From the human T2T-CHM13v2.0 reference genome, Homo sapiens, in assembly GCF_009914755.1 (NCBI RefSeq), contig NC_060940.1: a stretch of 64,000 nt of DNA. One strand, written 5' to 3'. How positions within the stretch are numbered: the first letter of the stretch is position 1; every line of letters begins with the position of its first letter. The notes beneath the pieces were generated by a model. It was not told the DNA's origin, did not search any database, and saw nothing but the letters and a program-made list of their open reading frames with translations. The translations under genes were made by a program, and so were the position numbers. Positions 40,350 through 54,950 of the stretch are shown one piece after another.

Positions 40350-40520
40350 ATAATAATAGGAAGGATTGTAATACTGTATTGTGCATACCACACTGAGTGA
40401 TTTATCACTATAATCATATCAGCCTCGTAAGGTAGAAACTATTATCGTCACTGCGTCACAGATGTGGGAACGGGGACTTAGAGGAGCAGTGAGCCAAGGT
40501 CACGTAGCTAGTAGACATCT
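40350..40520 (-). mobile_element. MIR
   Basis: aaggtagaaactattatc...cacagatgtgggaac...gccaaggtcacgtagctagta. Confidence 0.7.
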
Positions 40521-41816
40521 CAGTGACTTCAGTGTCAAACACAGAGGCAAGCATAGAGTTGATGCTGAAATATCTGTTGGATGAATGAGTAACTATACTT
40601 CCAGTTGTGTTGAGTTGAATAAACCCGAAGCAGATTAAAGTAAAATGGTACATCTGCCTTAGGTGAACATAAATGAGAAGGATAACTTTTCCTGCTTCTC
40701 CAGTCTTTTGCTGACGCAGCCGCCTTGTTTAGCAAATGCTCAGTACCTTACATTTAGCCATTTTGCCTCATTCCTTGGTAATGCATTAACACTAACCATT
40801 AGATTATTGTTACAAACAAGATAATATACCCTGTTGTGTGTGTTTTTGAAACAACCCTATAAATCAGGTCTGCCTTATTTCGAAATCTAATTCAATTACA
40901 GAGAAGCTCTACCTTGTGGATGATTAAACTGTAAATTGTGGGTGTCCACTGGGCTCCTAGATTACTAATATGTTCCCTGCCATAACTCACCTCTGTCCCT
41001 ACCATATATTGTCCACACTTACTCAAGGATGGGGACATTCAGTTGACATGCACCACATTGAAGGATATTTATGGTGTATCTCAAACTCGAAATATCTTCT
41101 TCAAGGAGATACACATACATCATGAAAACTCTTAAGATGTATTATGCTTCTCTAAGTGGAAAAGTCCAGTTGACTGATCTCTCTCTTTTTGTCTTGCCAG
41201 TGCTCAGGTATTGGGACATAGAATGATGAAATGTGACCTTTCTTGTTTTCTGCAAAAATAATCTCCGTGCTGTCTCTTCTAGGTCAAGGCAAGAAGGCTA
41301 AAGGCTTGCCTTCTCCATGATGAGTTTCTCAGGAAAGCAAGCAATGTGCTGAGGTTGGGGGCAGCTTTGGGAGGTTTTGAGATGCCTGTGCTGGAATGAG
41401 AAGCCTGCGGCTGCGAGTAGGAGTACTGGCTACAAGGGCTTCCTTTTACTGGCCCAAAGCAAATAGCGAGAGAAGGGGGTTTAATTGCATTTACTGACTC
41501 CCTGCTCCCTTAACAAATATTTGTTGAGTGGTGCAGTGTGCCAAGGCCACTTAATAATCATCACAGCATAGTTGTATTTGTCTAATTCTTCACAGTTTTT
41601 AAAGTATCTAATAATTCTCTCATTTGCTCCCTATTTCAAAAAAACTCATGAAGTGGGCAAGGCAGGAATAAGGATAATATTTTAAAATCACCATTGATGA
41701 TGTCTGGTATTAATTTAGCAAGTATTATACACCAGAGATTCCATTTCACATTTCACATGTGTTTTTTCATTTAAATTTCACGTAAACCTTTGGAAGCAGG
41801 TAGTAGTATCGGGCTC

Positions 41817-42420
41817 TTTTTATTTTTAAACTTTTATTTGGTTGGCGCGAAAGTAATTTTTTTCCATTAAAATCAGCGGCAAAAACTGCAGTTAATTTTG
41901 TACCAAGCTAATAAGTTCAGGGGTGCAAGTACAGGTTTGTTACACAGATAAACTTATGGGAGATTGTCGTACAGATTGTTTCATCCCCCAGGCATTAAGC
42001 CTACTAGTTATTTTTCCTGATCCTCTCCCTCCTCTCACCTTCCACCCTCCGACAGACCCCAGTGTCCATGTGTCCAACAATTGCATGAAAAAAACCTCAG
42101 CTTCGCTGATGATTAGAGAAATGCAAATCAAAACTGCAATTAGATACCATCTCACACCAGTCAGAGTGGTTATTATTAATAAGTCAAACAATAACAGATG
42201 TGGGCGAGGTTTGGAGAAAAAGGAACGCTTATATGCTGTTGGTAGGAGGATTGTAAATTAGTTCAGCCATCGTGCAAGACAGTGTGGCAATTCCTCAAAG
42301 GCCCAAAGACAGGAATACCACTCTGTCTTTAAAAAGAGAGCTGCAGTGAGCATAGGTGTCCATGTGTCTTTATAGTAAAATGATTTATATTCCTTTGGGT
42401 ACATACCCAGAAATCCCATT
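41817..42420. mobile_element. Older L1PA (about PA13-16), rearranged -/+/-, inserted in a MIR
   Basis: Antisense 3' end 41817-42073; sense ORF2 C-terminal piece 42074-42320 (IREMQIKTAIRYHLTPVR); antisense piece 42337-42410; MIR resumes at ggaaactggagctcaagg. Confidence 0.88.
41837..41911. mobile_element. MADE1 MITE inserted in the L1PA tail
   Basis: tttggttggcgcgaaagtaatt...ggcaaaaactgcagttaattttgtaccaagctaa, TA on both sides. Confidence 0.85.
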
Positions 42421-42995
42421 GGAAACTGGAGCTCAAGGAAGCTCAGCGACTTGTCCCAGGTTGCATGACCATCAGTGGCAGATTTTGGATGCAAACCCAG
42501 GACTCTGACCCTAAAATGTCCAAGCCTGTCATCCCTGGTCACCTGCCTCCCAGCACCGGAGCCTGGATTTGCTGACTTCTGATACAACTTTTCCCTTGAC
42601 AGGATAATGAGTTCAAGGTTTCCTCCTGGCATAGGGAGCTGTATTAGCAGCAGAAAAAACTCGTAACTCCAGTGATTTCCCCTCTATTTTCCTGCTTGGC
42701 TGTCAGAAATTAGAAATTCTTGGAGGTGCTTTTCTGTCTGAGAAGGTCAGAGGGTCTGGTAGAAAGAGCTTAATTTTCAAGGACTTTCATGAATCCAGCA
42801 GAAAAGTCAAAGTTCAGTGTTATAATAATTTATAATCTCTTAATTTCTTATTATGGTTGTTTTCAAAAGGATTTTCTTGTGTGATACAGCCTCGTTGTTT
42901 CCTGTGAATTTATCTTTGCACTTCCACTTCCACTTTTACTTGATTATCTCAATAAGGCCATCTATCTTTTTTTCTTAATACAGATTTAAAAAAAA

Positions 42996-43334
42996 ATGTT
43001 TACTTTCAATAGTTTTGGGGGTACAGGTGGTTTTTGGTTATATGGATAAGTTCTTTAATGGTAATTTCTGAGATTTTGGTGCACCCATCACCCAAGCAGT
43101 GTGCACTGTATCCAATATGTAGTCTTTTATCTCTCACCCCCTCCCACCCTTCACCCTTAGTCCCCAAAGTCCATTTTTCATTCTTATGCTTTTGTATCCT
43201 CATAGCTTAGCTCCCACTTATAAGTGCGAATATACGATATTTGGTTTTCCATTCCTCAGTTACTTCACTTAGAATAACTTAGAATAATGTCCTCCAGCTC
43301 CATCCAAGTTGCTGCAAAGGCCAGTATTTCATTT
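42996..43334 (-). mobile_element. L1PB 3' end
   Basis: tttcaatagttttgggggtacaggtggtttttggttatatggataagttcttta...ggtgcacccatcacccaagcagtg. Confidence 0.93.
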
Positions 43335-43567
43335 CAACACAGCACTCTCTCTAATAATTGGGAGGGCTTCGGTAACTACTAATAACAATAATTCTTGTTT
43401 GCAAGAAGATTTGGTACTATTCGGAGGGCCTCCCATGATCAGCGATTTATTCGATCCTCACAACCACTATGTCAGATAGATAGGTATTTTTGACCATCTG
43501 TTTACAGATGAGAAATTGCAGGTCGAAGGTACTGAGCATCTTTATTTGAGGTACAGATATCTCTTTC

Positions 43568-44106
43568 TGTGGTCAGTTGAATGCTTGATCACAGTTCTTC
43601 ACTCTTCTGGACAATGTTATGCATCTACACTTTCTCATGACCTCATGATGAGCAGAGTGGACTTCTTTGCCTCTTGACTTTGGTATTGGCCAGGTGACTT
43701 GCTCTGGACAATAGGGTGTCATCGAATACGATGCACACATAGGGCAAGCATTTCTTTACATAGGGGGCTTTCCTTCATGTGCCCCTGCCATTGTCATGAT
43801 CCTCTTGAATAGCTGCTGTTCTTTAAGCTTGTGCTCAACAGATTCAGTCTATCTTAATAGACAGAGAACAAATCAAGTACATTTATTAAGAATCCATGTG
43901 GAGCTTGCATGAACCCAATGTGCAGTGAGAAGCACAACCAGACCTGAGGTTTGAAGCAGAGCTGCCCAGCTGAGCCCAGCCTAAGTCATCCAATCTCCAC
44001 CTGACCCACAGACACATATGTGAGAATAAATGAGGGCTGAGTTAAGCCACTGAGTTTTGGTGTGGTTTGTTATGCAGGTGTTATTTTGATGATAGCTAAC
44101 TGATAA
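43568..44106 (+). mobile_element. MLT1H1/G-like LTR
   Basis: ttgactttggtattggccaggtgacttgct...gctgcccagctgagcccagcc...ttaagccactgagttttggtgtggtttgttatgcag...atagctaactgata. Confidence 0.85.
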
Positions 44107-44249
44107 ACTCTCTTTAGATGTGAGCTCCATGAAGGCTGGGCTATTGTGAAATACAAGGCTTGGAAGAGAGAAAATCAAGTACAGTTATTAAATGCATGGG
44201 GCTTTGAATGACACATACTTAGATTTGATGCTATTTACAAACTGTGTTA

Positions 44250-44577
<328 letters not shown>

Positions 44578-44739
44578 AATTTCTGGCCTTACTGCCTCCA
44601 TGTGTATAGTTAAAAAAAAAAAAAACAATATTCCCAACTTTATAAGATTTCTGTAAGGATTGACTGAGATCATGTGTATAAGTGACTGGCAGATAGCAAG
44701 AAGTCAGTAAAAGTTAACTGTTATGAAGATGACCTCAAG

Positions 44740-47385
<2,646 letters not shown>

Positions 47386-48379
47386 CCGCTCATTCTGAAT
47401 TATTATTCCCTGGATTCTCTAACCTGTCACAACCCTGCCTGTGGAAACCTTCGCAAAGGGCTTGTAACTAGAGAATCTCAGTGCTAAACCGGTCCCAGAC
47501 AGAGGACCAAGCACAAGATTCACTGCTTCATATGTGGAAAGACAAACACAAATTTAATTTTATGCTCCTTTATTGAGGGGAGAAAGCTACCTGGAAGGTC
47601 TTGACAGTCTGTGGCATTTTGACCCCATAGCACAATATTTTTGTTGCCTGGGTTGGGCTCTAAGGAGAATCCTCATGTGGTAGAATCATAAATCCGAAGT
47701 ATTGAACTCTGTTAGCCAAGAGCCTTTAAAAGAACCAGGTTGCTCTACTGACATCCTGTCTTTCCCACAGTTACAATGGATAATATTACCAAGTCCTATA
47801 AAATGAAAATCAAGTTTGAAATAGGGTTTGTTAATTACAGTATTTAACTGTTGTCGTTATTGTTTCCTTGGAGATTAATGAGGTGAGTTATTGTAACATA
47901 ATTAGGCTACAGTGTATCTAATCTCTTACAAACCCTTGTGATTCACTGTTGTTCCAGTATGGTTTGAAGGTTAATTTCACTTTGCTGGTATAGACTTGGC
48001 AATGTGCTTTCTATTGAAATATGTTTTTAATTATATTTGAAAGTCATTAGTCAAGGGCTCTGCTGGGCTGTTCTGCACACATTTGCTGTAGAGAAATCCA
48101 GATACAATTAGACTCATCGCGATCATCTATCCCCGTGTCCAGGTGTCCCCAGGGGATCAAGGGGGGCATTCAAAGACACCTGAGACCTGTATTGACCCTC
48201 AGTTTGGTCCCAGGAAGGCATCTTTATCAGTGAAATCTTTTGAGTAAGTCCCCACGGTGGCATTAGGGTTGTGAGTCTGCATCTGAAGTAGACATAGGTG
48301 GTTTCACCTTGGTTGAGGACTTTCTCAAACATACCCAGCTCTTTCCCAGCTTCAGGCTTCATGGATACCATTCTATGCT

Positions 48380-48670
48380 TGTAATATTCCCTGCCTGGCT
48401 TACTTCTAGTTATCCATCAGTCTCGGCTTACCTCTGTTAAATGCCACTGTTTCTGAGGAGTCTCCCAAGACCAAGTATCCCCCTACCCTCTGCCACTTAA
48501 CTTTTTCTGTTGCCAGCTCTCATTTTATCCTGTGTTTTCTTTTGTGGAAGTTCTCACCATATTTAATGATCGGTTTGGTGTTTCCTTCCTCATAAGGGCA
48601 GAGGCCCTATTTGTCCACTGCCATATTCGCATACTTAGGGCACATAAGGCTCTCAGTTGTGGTGGTGCCA
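48380..48670 (+). mobile_element. L2 fragment
   Basis: ctggcttacttctagttatccatcagtctc...ctcataagggcagaggccctatttgtccactg...ggcacataaggctctcag. Confidence 0.6.
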
Positions 48671-48941
48671 CAAATCCATCACAAACTGCTTTCCTAATCT
48701 CCAGCAGCCTAATTCACAAGTGATGCAGGTTTGCCATTATCTTCCTTTTACCTCAGAGTCATCCATGCTGAATGACTGGACCACCCTTCCTGCTACTTGA
48801 GTGTATGCATCTGTAACATGGGAGAATCACAACGGGATCCTCCTCACAGAGGAGGCAGTAGATGGATGACATGAGCACAGTGACTGCTCCAAGGCAGGCA
48901 TTCACCAGAGTCCATTTTCTCATTCGTCTGCCATTGGAGAA

Positions 48942-49446
48942 GCTTGGGATGGATGGCATCTCAGGTCTGATTTTGAGACCTTTGGTCTAAGGCTGAGTAG
49001 TCAGCCCACAGGAAGCTGTGGATTAAACAGTGGCTATCTCAAGCTTGGGCTGGATGGTGTCTGAGGTCTGATTTTGAGACCTTTGGTCTAAGGCTGAGTA
49101 GTCAGCCCACAGGCAACTGTGGATTAAACAGTGGCAGTCTCAGGCTTGGGCTGGATGGTGTCTGAGATCTGATTTTGAGACCTTTGGTCTAAGGTTGAGT
49201 AGTCAGCCCACAGGAAACTGTGGATTAAACAGTGGTTGTCTCAGGCTTGGGCTGGATGGTGTCTGAGGTCTGATTTTGAGACCTTTGGTCTAAGGTCGAA
49301 TAGTCAGCCCACAGGAATCTGTGGATTAAACAGTGGCAGTCTCAGGCTTGGGCTGGATGGTGTCTGAGGTCTGATTGTGAGATCTTTGGTCTAAGGTTGA
49401 GTAGCCAGCCCACAGGCAGCTATGGAGAAAGCAGTGGAGGTCTCAT
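48942..49446. repeat. Tandem array (minisatellite), 101-bp unit x 5
   Basis: gcttggg unit starts at 48942, 49043, 49144, 49245 and 49346; fifth copy decays at its 3' end. Confidence 0.98.
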
Positions 49447-50089
49447 GGACTGCCCTAGTCAGAAATCTGTCTGTAGACTGGACCTTGCACCATTGTTTTC
49501 CTTACAGCAAAGTCGCTTCTACATGGGCATCTCTTTAAAGAGCTCAAGTCAAGAAGATGTTTCACATTTTTCCATTTAAAAAACAGACTCGGCTTTGAAA
49601 AATGTTTTGGAGTGGTCCAACTCGAAGAAGAGTGTCGGTGTATAGCTCCCTATGTTAGCAAACCATTTGTGTGTCCGTGTGTGTGCATGTGCCTGCGTGC
49701 AGACTGCTCACCACTTGAATGCTTCTCACCAATTTTGTGGTGGAGTGACAGATGTTGTGACTGGAACTGTGCTCCTAGGTTTGTTTTATCTCAAAGAAGA
49801 GAATGTTTTTTCCTGAGTGGCAAGATATTCTTTGGAGCAGTGTCCTGAGCAAAGACCCAAGGGCTGGAAAGGCCCCAAAATAAAACCTGTGTCTGGGGTA
49901 GTTGTCAGAGAGGCTGAGCCAGGGCCCTTGCGCACCCTAAAGGCACGGTGGGATTGTCCTAAGCTGCTTTCACTGCCATTTGGGGAGATTATGCTGGGGC
50001 TCTGTGAGAGCATTCAGGAGCTGCAGGTGATGGGCCTCATTTGGTCAAACTGGCTTCCCTTGAGTCTCTATGTCTATGTCTTCGTGAAA

Positions 50090-50270
50090 TGGCATAGTGG
50101 TTAGAGGAGGGACTCGGAGCCAGACTGCCAGGGTTTGAACCCAGGACCCATTACCTACCCACTGTGAGAGCTTAGGGAAGGCATCTGACATCTCTTCCCT
50201 CAAGCATAATCCTCATGGTCTTGTCATGAGGTTCAGAGAGCCTAATGCATTCTGGAGTAAGAATCCTATC
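50090..50270 (+). mobile_element. MIR
   Basis: ggcatagtggttagaggagggactcggagccagactgccagggtttgaaccc. Confidence 0.8.
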
Positions 50271-50865
50271 AGCATTGTCACTCTTGTTTCTCAAATAGAG
50301 ATGGTTTTTCTTCACTTCTCCCATCACACAGAGAGCCCAGATGGGAAGTAAGGTAACAGGTGAGGACCCAACAAGTTCTGAGTACCTACCAAGTACCTGG
50401 CACCATACTGGGTGCTTATATTCTTCTCCTTGTTGGATATCTACACCAGCCCACTAACATAGATGGTATCCCCGCCTTCCTGGAAAAATGAAAGTTACCA
50501 TGAGCCTATTTTGCCCATGATCCTCAAAGATTGTCTGTGATTCCTGCCACGTAGTGAAATCAGCGTCTTTAACAGTCTGCGACTGGGGAAGGGCCATGTA
50601 TCAGGAGGTGTCTCTGCTCAAACCTTGCCCATTGAGAAGGTTCCTTATTGGGTGGTGAAATCCAATCCGATCAACCCTTTCCCTTGGGAGATGCCAGTGG
50701 ATAATGAGGGTGTGTCTGTAGAGATCCATCTTTGTCCCCAGTACTAATAAAATATTTGGGGAATCCTCCAAGAGGCCTGATACCTGTTGCAGAGGAGGCT
50801 AGGCTGTTGGTTAATGAGCATGCCAAAACAATCCCTTGTGCTGTGTGCCCTCTAGTCTGCGGTAT

Positions 50866-51200
50866 CTTTTTTAAAAATTATTTTCTATTTTTTTGTTAAG
50901 AGACAGGGTCTTGCTCTGTCTCCCAGGCAGAAGTGCAATTATGAAGTCTTAGCTCACTGTAGGCTTGAACTCTTTGGCTCAAGGGGTCCTCCTGCCTCAG
51001 CTTCCTGAGTAACTGGAACTACAGGCATGCACCACTGCCCCCAGCTAATTGCTTTTATTATTATTATTATTTTTATTTTTTGTAGAGATGAGGTCTTTCT
51101 TTGTTTTCCAGTCTTGTCTCAAACTTAACAGGGCTCAGGCAATTCTCCTACCTTAGCCTCCAAGTGTTGGGACTACTGGTGTGAGCCACTGCACCCAGCT
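50866..51200 (-). mobile_element. AluJ
   Basis: gagacagggtcttgctctgtc...ggctcaaggggtcctcctgcc...ttttgtagagatgaggtct. Confidence 0.92.
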
Positions 51201-52487
51201 CATAGCTTAAGATATGTTTCTATCACCAAGGCTCTCTCTGTAGCCCTTCTGCTTGAGTCTGCAAGAGTGCTCATAAGATCCTCATTTTCCATATAAGGAG
51301 AATCAGAGAGGTAACTTGAGGTCCACATTCACACCTGGCATGGGGGAAATCCACTGGGACATCTTTTTGCTGCCATTCCTGCCTCCACGGAGCTTATGCT
51401 TCCCAAGAATGGCACTGCTAGCTGCCCTCTCCCCACTCAGGGCTGTTCTAGGATGCCAGCTCTCCGAGTTCTCTGCCTCTTGGTTGGCACTGGCATGAGG
51501 AGGCTGCTGGGTTCAGCAGGTTTGCTGCAGGTTGGGGTTAATTCCTGAGCACTCAGTTCCTTCCTTTGCTGATGTGATGACATCCATACAAACCCACATT
51601 TCTGAGGTTGGTCACCAAAGAGTCTCTTCTTTAAAAGTGGGCCTTTCCATTCCATGGTCTTCCAACCCAAAGAATCCTGCTTCTCTCTACTTCCTTTTTC
51701 TTTTCTCCACTTTTATTATTATTTTTTTTAATAAAGCTTTTTCTTTGGGTAGAATGGGTTTCTCTGATTTAAACTCCTTTCGTCCCAGTTTAATTTCCCT
51801 TCCCTAAAGTGCTGTAGAGGCCTTTGCGAATCAATCAGTTTTGTCATTCTAGATCAGATGCCTCCCCGAAATGCAGATAAATTGGCCTTTATGGGACCGT
51901 TGTCTCCCTTTCTGGGGATGTATTCAGATAATTCAGCCAGATTTGTCAGGCCTGACTTTCTTTTCATGAACCATGCTATGACCGGCCCTCTCTAAATTAA
52001 ATACTGCTGAATGGCCCGCATCTACTAAACCTCCTCCCTCCCTGGGGCCCTAGACAACAACCCCTCCATTGCCAAGGTCGCCACCAGCAAGCCAGGACCT
52101 TCACTTTCTTTGTCCCGCTTTCCTTCACTCTGTGGTGACCAGAATTGCTGGGCCAGCCCCATGCCGTGAGGTCAGCCAGGGGCAAATCCTTGTCCATAGC
52201 CTGGAGTCCAGGGAAGCAGCCTCAGAAAGGAATCTGCTGCTTCTCACCTCCCTTGCTGCTTTGCTCTTGACCTGTACACTAACACTATTATGTTATGATC
52301 AAGGCTTAACTCTACTGTATTATTTGCAATGCTAATAGCTATAGGTATTATGAACAATAATGTAATCATTGCTGACATTGTGACATATGATTAGTACAGA
52401 TATTTTAATATTATTGTTCGCTACATGCCACTGTGCTTTGCCCCTTTACACATTGAATCTTCTCCTGTCAGCTTGGTGTCTCAGCTA

Positions 52488-52942
<455 letters not shown>

Positions 52943-52964
52943 CCATGATGTGAAGACTGACTTT

Positions 52965-53958
52965 ACTTTTTGTTTCTTCTAGCTTTATTGAGCATTTAAT
53001 GACTGACAAATAAAAATTGTATATATTTAAGGTGTACGATGTGATGCTCTGATGTACGTATATACTGTGAAACGCTCACCACAATTGAAGTAACATACCC
53101 ATTACCTGACATAGTTAACCTTTGTATGTGTGTGTATATCTACTCTCTTTGCGTATTTCAAATGTACAATACAGTGCTATTATGTAGAGTCACCATGATG
53201 TATATCCGGTCTCCAGAACTTACTTATCTTTTAACAAAGTTTGTATACTTAGACCAATATCTCCCCATTTACCCACCCTCAAGCTCTTGGTGACCACAGT
53301 TCTACTCTGTTTTTGTTGTTGTTGTTTGTTTGTTTGTTTGTTTAGAGACAAGGTCTTACCTTGTCACCCAGGTTGAGTACAGTGGTGTTATCATGGCTCA
53401 CTGCAGCCTCAAACTTCTGGATTCACGTGATCCTCCTGCCTCAGCCTGCTGAGTAGCTGGGACTACAGGTGTGCGCCACCATGCCCACTAATATTTCAGG
53501 TTTTTTTTGTAGAGATAGAGTCTGTGTTGCCTACACTGGGCCTTCAACTCCTGGCCTCAAGTGGTCCTTCCACCTTGGCCTCCCAAAGTTCTGGGATTAC
53601 AGGAGACAGCTACCATGCCCGGCCTCCTCTCTCTGTTTCTATCAGTTCACTTCTTTAGATTCTAAATATAAGTGAGCTTTGGTAGTATTTGTCTTTCTGT
53701 TATCTGGCTTATTTCACTTGATCCAGCAATCCCACTTACGAGTGGACATTCAAAAGAAATAAAATCACAATCTCAAAGAGATATCTGTGTCATCACGCTC
53801 ATTGCAGCACTGTTGACAATAGCCAAGATATACAAACAACTTAAGTGTCCATTGACAGAGAACGAATACAGAAAATGCGGTGTAGATACACACATAGTGG
53901 AATACTATTTAGCCTATAAAAAGAAGGAAATCCTGCCATTTTCAATAACATGGATGAA
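52965..53958. mobile_element. L1MA-like element with 5' inversion (antisense 52965-53719, sense 53719-53958)
   Basis: Antisense 3' end to ctggcttatttcactt, then sense gatccagcaatcccac...acatggatgaa. Confidence 0.88.
53310..53624 (-). mobile_element. AluJ nested in the L1MA
   Basis: (GTT/GTTT)n tail, J diagnostics catggctcactgcagcctcaaac; TSD core ctctgttt. Confidence 0.93.
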
Positions 53959-54704
53959 TGCTGCTTTTTATCCCTATTGTCAAAAGCTCTTAAGTTGAAA
54001 CTTCCTAAGCACGGACTCCTGTGTGCAAAGGAATGGTCTTGTGGAAGCATTTGCATATTTGAAGGGATTGATGGACAGGTTAGCTCAAGGGAAGTCATCC
54101 ACACCAGGTGGAGTTCCCCTGGAGTGAGGGCTGTGGGAGCAAATGCCCTCCTTGCCCACTTAGCAGGTTTCCAGGTAAGGTCCCTGTGTTAAGAAGTAGG
54201 GAAAGGCGGGAACACCATTCTCTGATGCCATTTATCTTCTCTGATTGTCACTCCTCGCACATGTGAGCCCTCTGGGTTCCTGGGATGACTCCGTAGGTCA
54301 CTCTGAGAATATCCTTCTTTGTCTGGCCGCCCCTCCCCTCTCCATGGCTGAGAGTCTCCTGAAATAAGATTTCTTCCAGGCACAGAGGCAGCTCCATGCA
54401 GAGTCCCTGATGAGCTACTCGCCACTGTGTTCTGCTGGCCCCTTTCTTCCCTCCCCACCTCCAGCAAAGTTCCAAGATCACCTTTAAGTCTGCCCATCCA
54501 GGCCAAAAGTCTGTACCTGTCAAAATCTCTTCTTGTGGGTTCCCAGAGACAATATCACCTCTCAACCTCAACTGATAGTGACAAACAGTGACAGGTTGAA
54601 CTTTACCTGCATAGCCCTGGCTCCTGTCAAATGTCTCCGCTGACAGGTGAGAGCTCTGAAATCATCCCAATACTCTCAGGTCCAACTGCAGGGCAGAAGG
54701 GCCA

Positions 54705-54950
54705 GGGAGGCAGTGATGTATGTTGAGTGCTTGCTGTTGCTGAGAACCGGAACAGTTGAACATAGACTTTGGAAACTGGGAGACCTAATTCTGTCACTTA
54801 CAAACTGTGTGTCTTTGGGCGAGGGGCTTAGACTTTCTAAGCTTCAGTTTGTAGTCTGTCAGATAGGGGTATGAACATGGAGATGCTTCATACCTAGAGG
54901 TTAAGTTCTAAATCAGAGCTGGAAGCAAAATATGTGAGCAAGTCAGAAGT
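54705..54950 (+). mobile_element. MIR
   Basis: ctgtcacttacaaactgtgtgtctttgggcgagg...cttcagtttgtagtctgt. Confidence 0.7.

Noticed and set aside
48942-49446. Periodic palindromic array as a CRISPR array or hammerhead ribozyme repeat
   Set aside because: Whole units repeat with no unique spacers and no cas genes, in primate DNA; the hammerhead core CUGANGA...GAAA is not found in the required arrangement on either strand.
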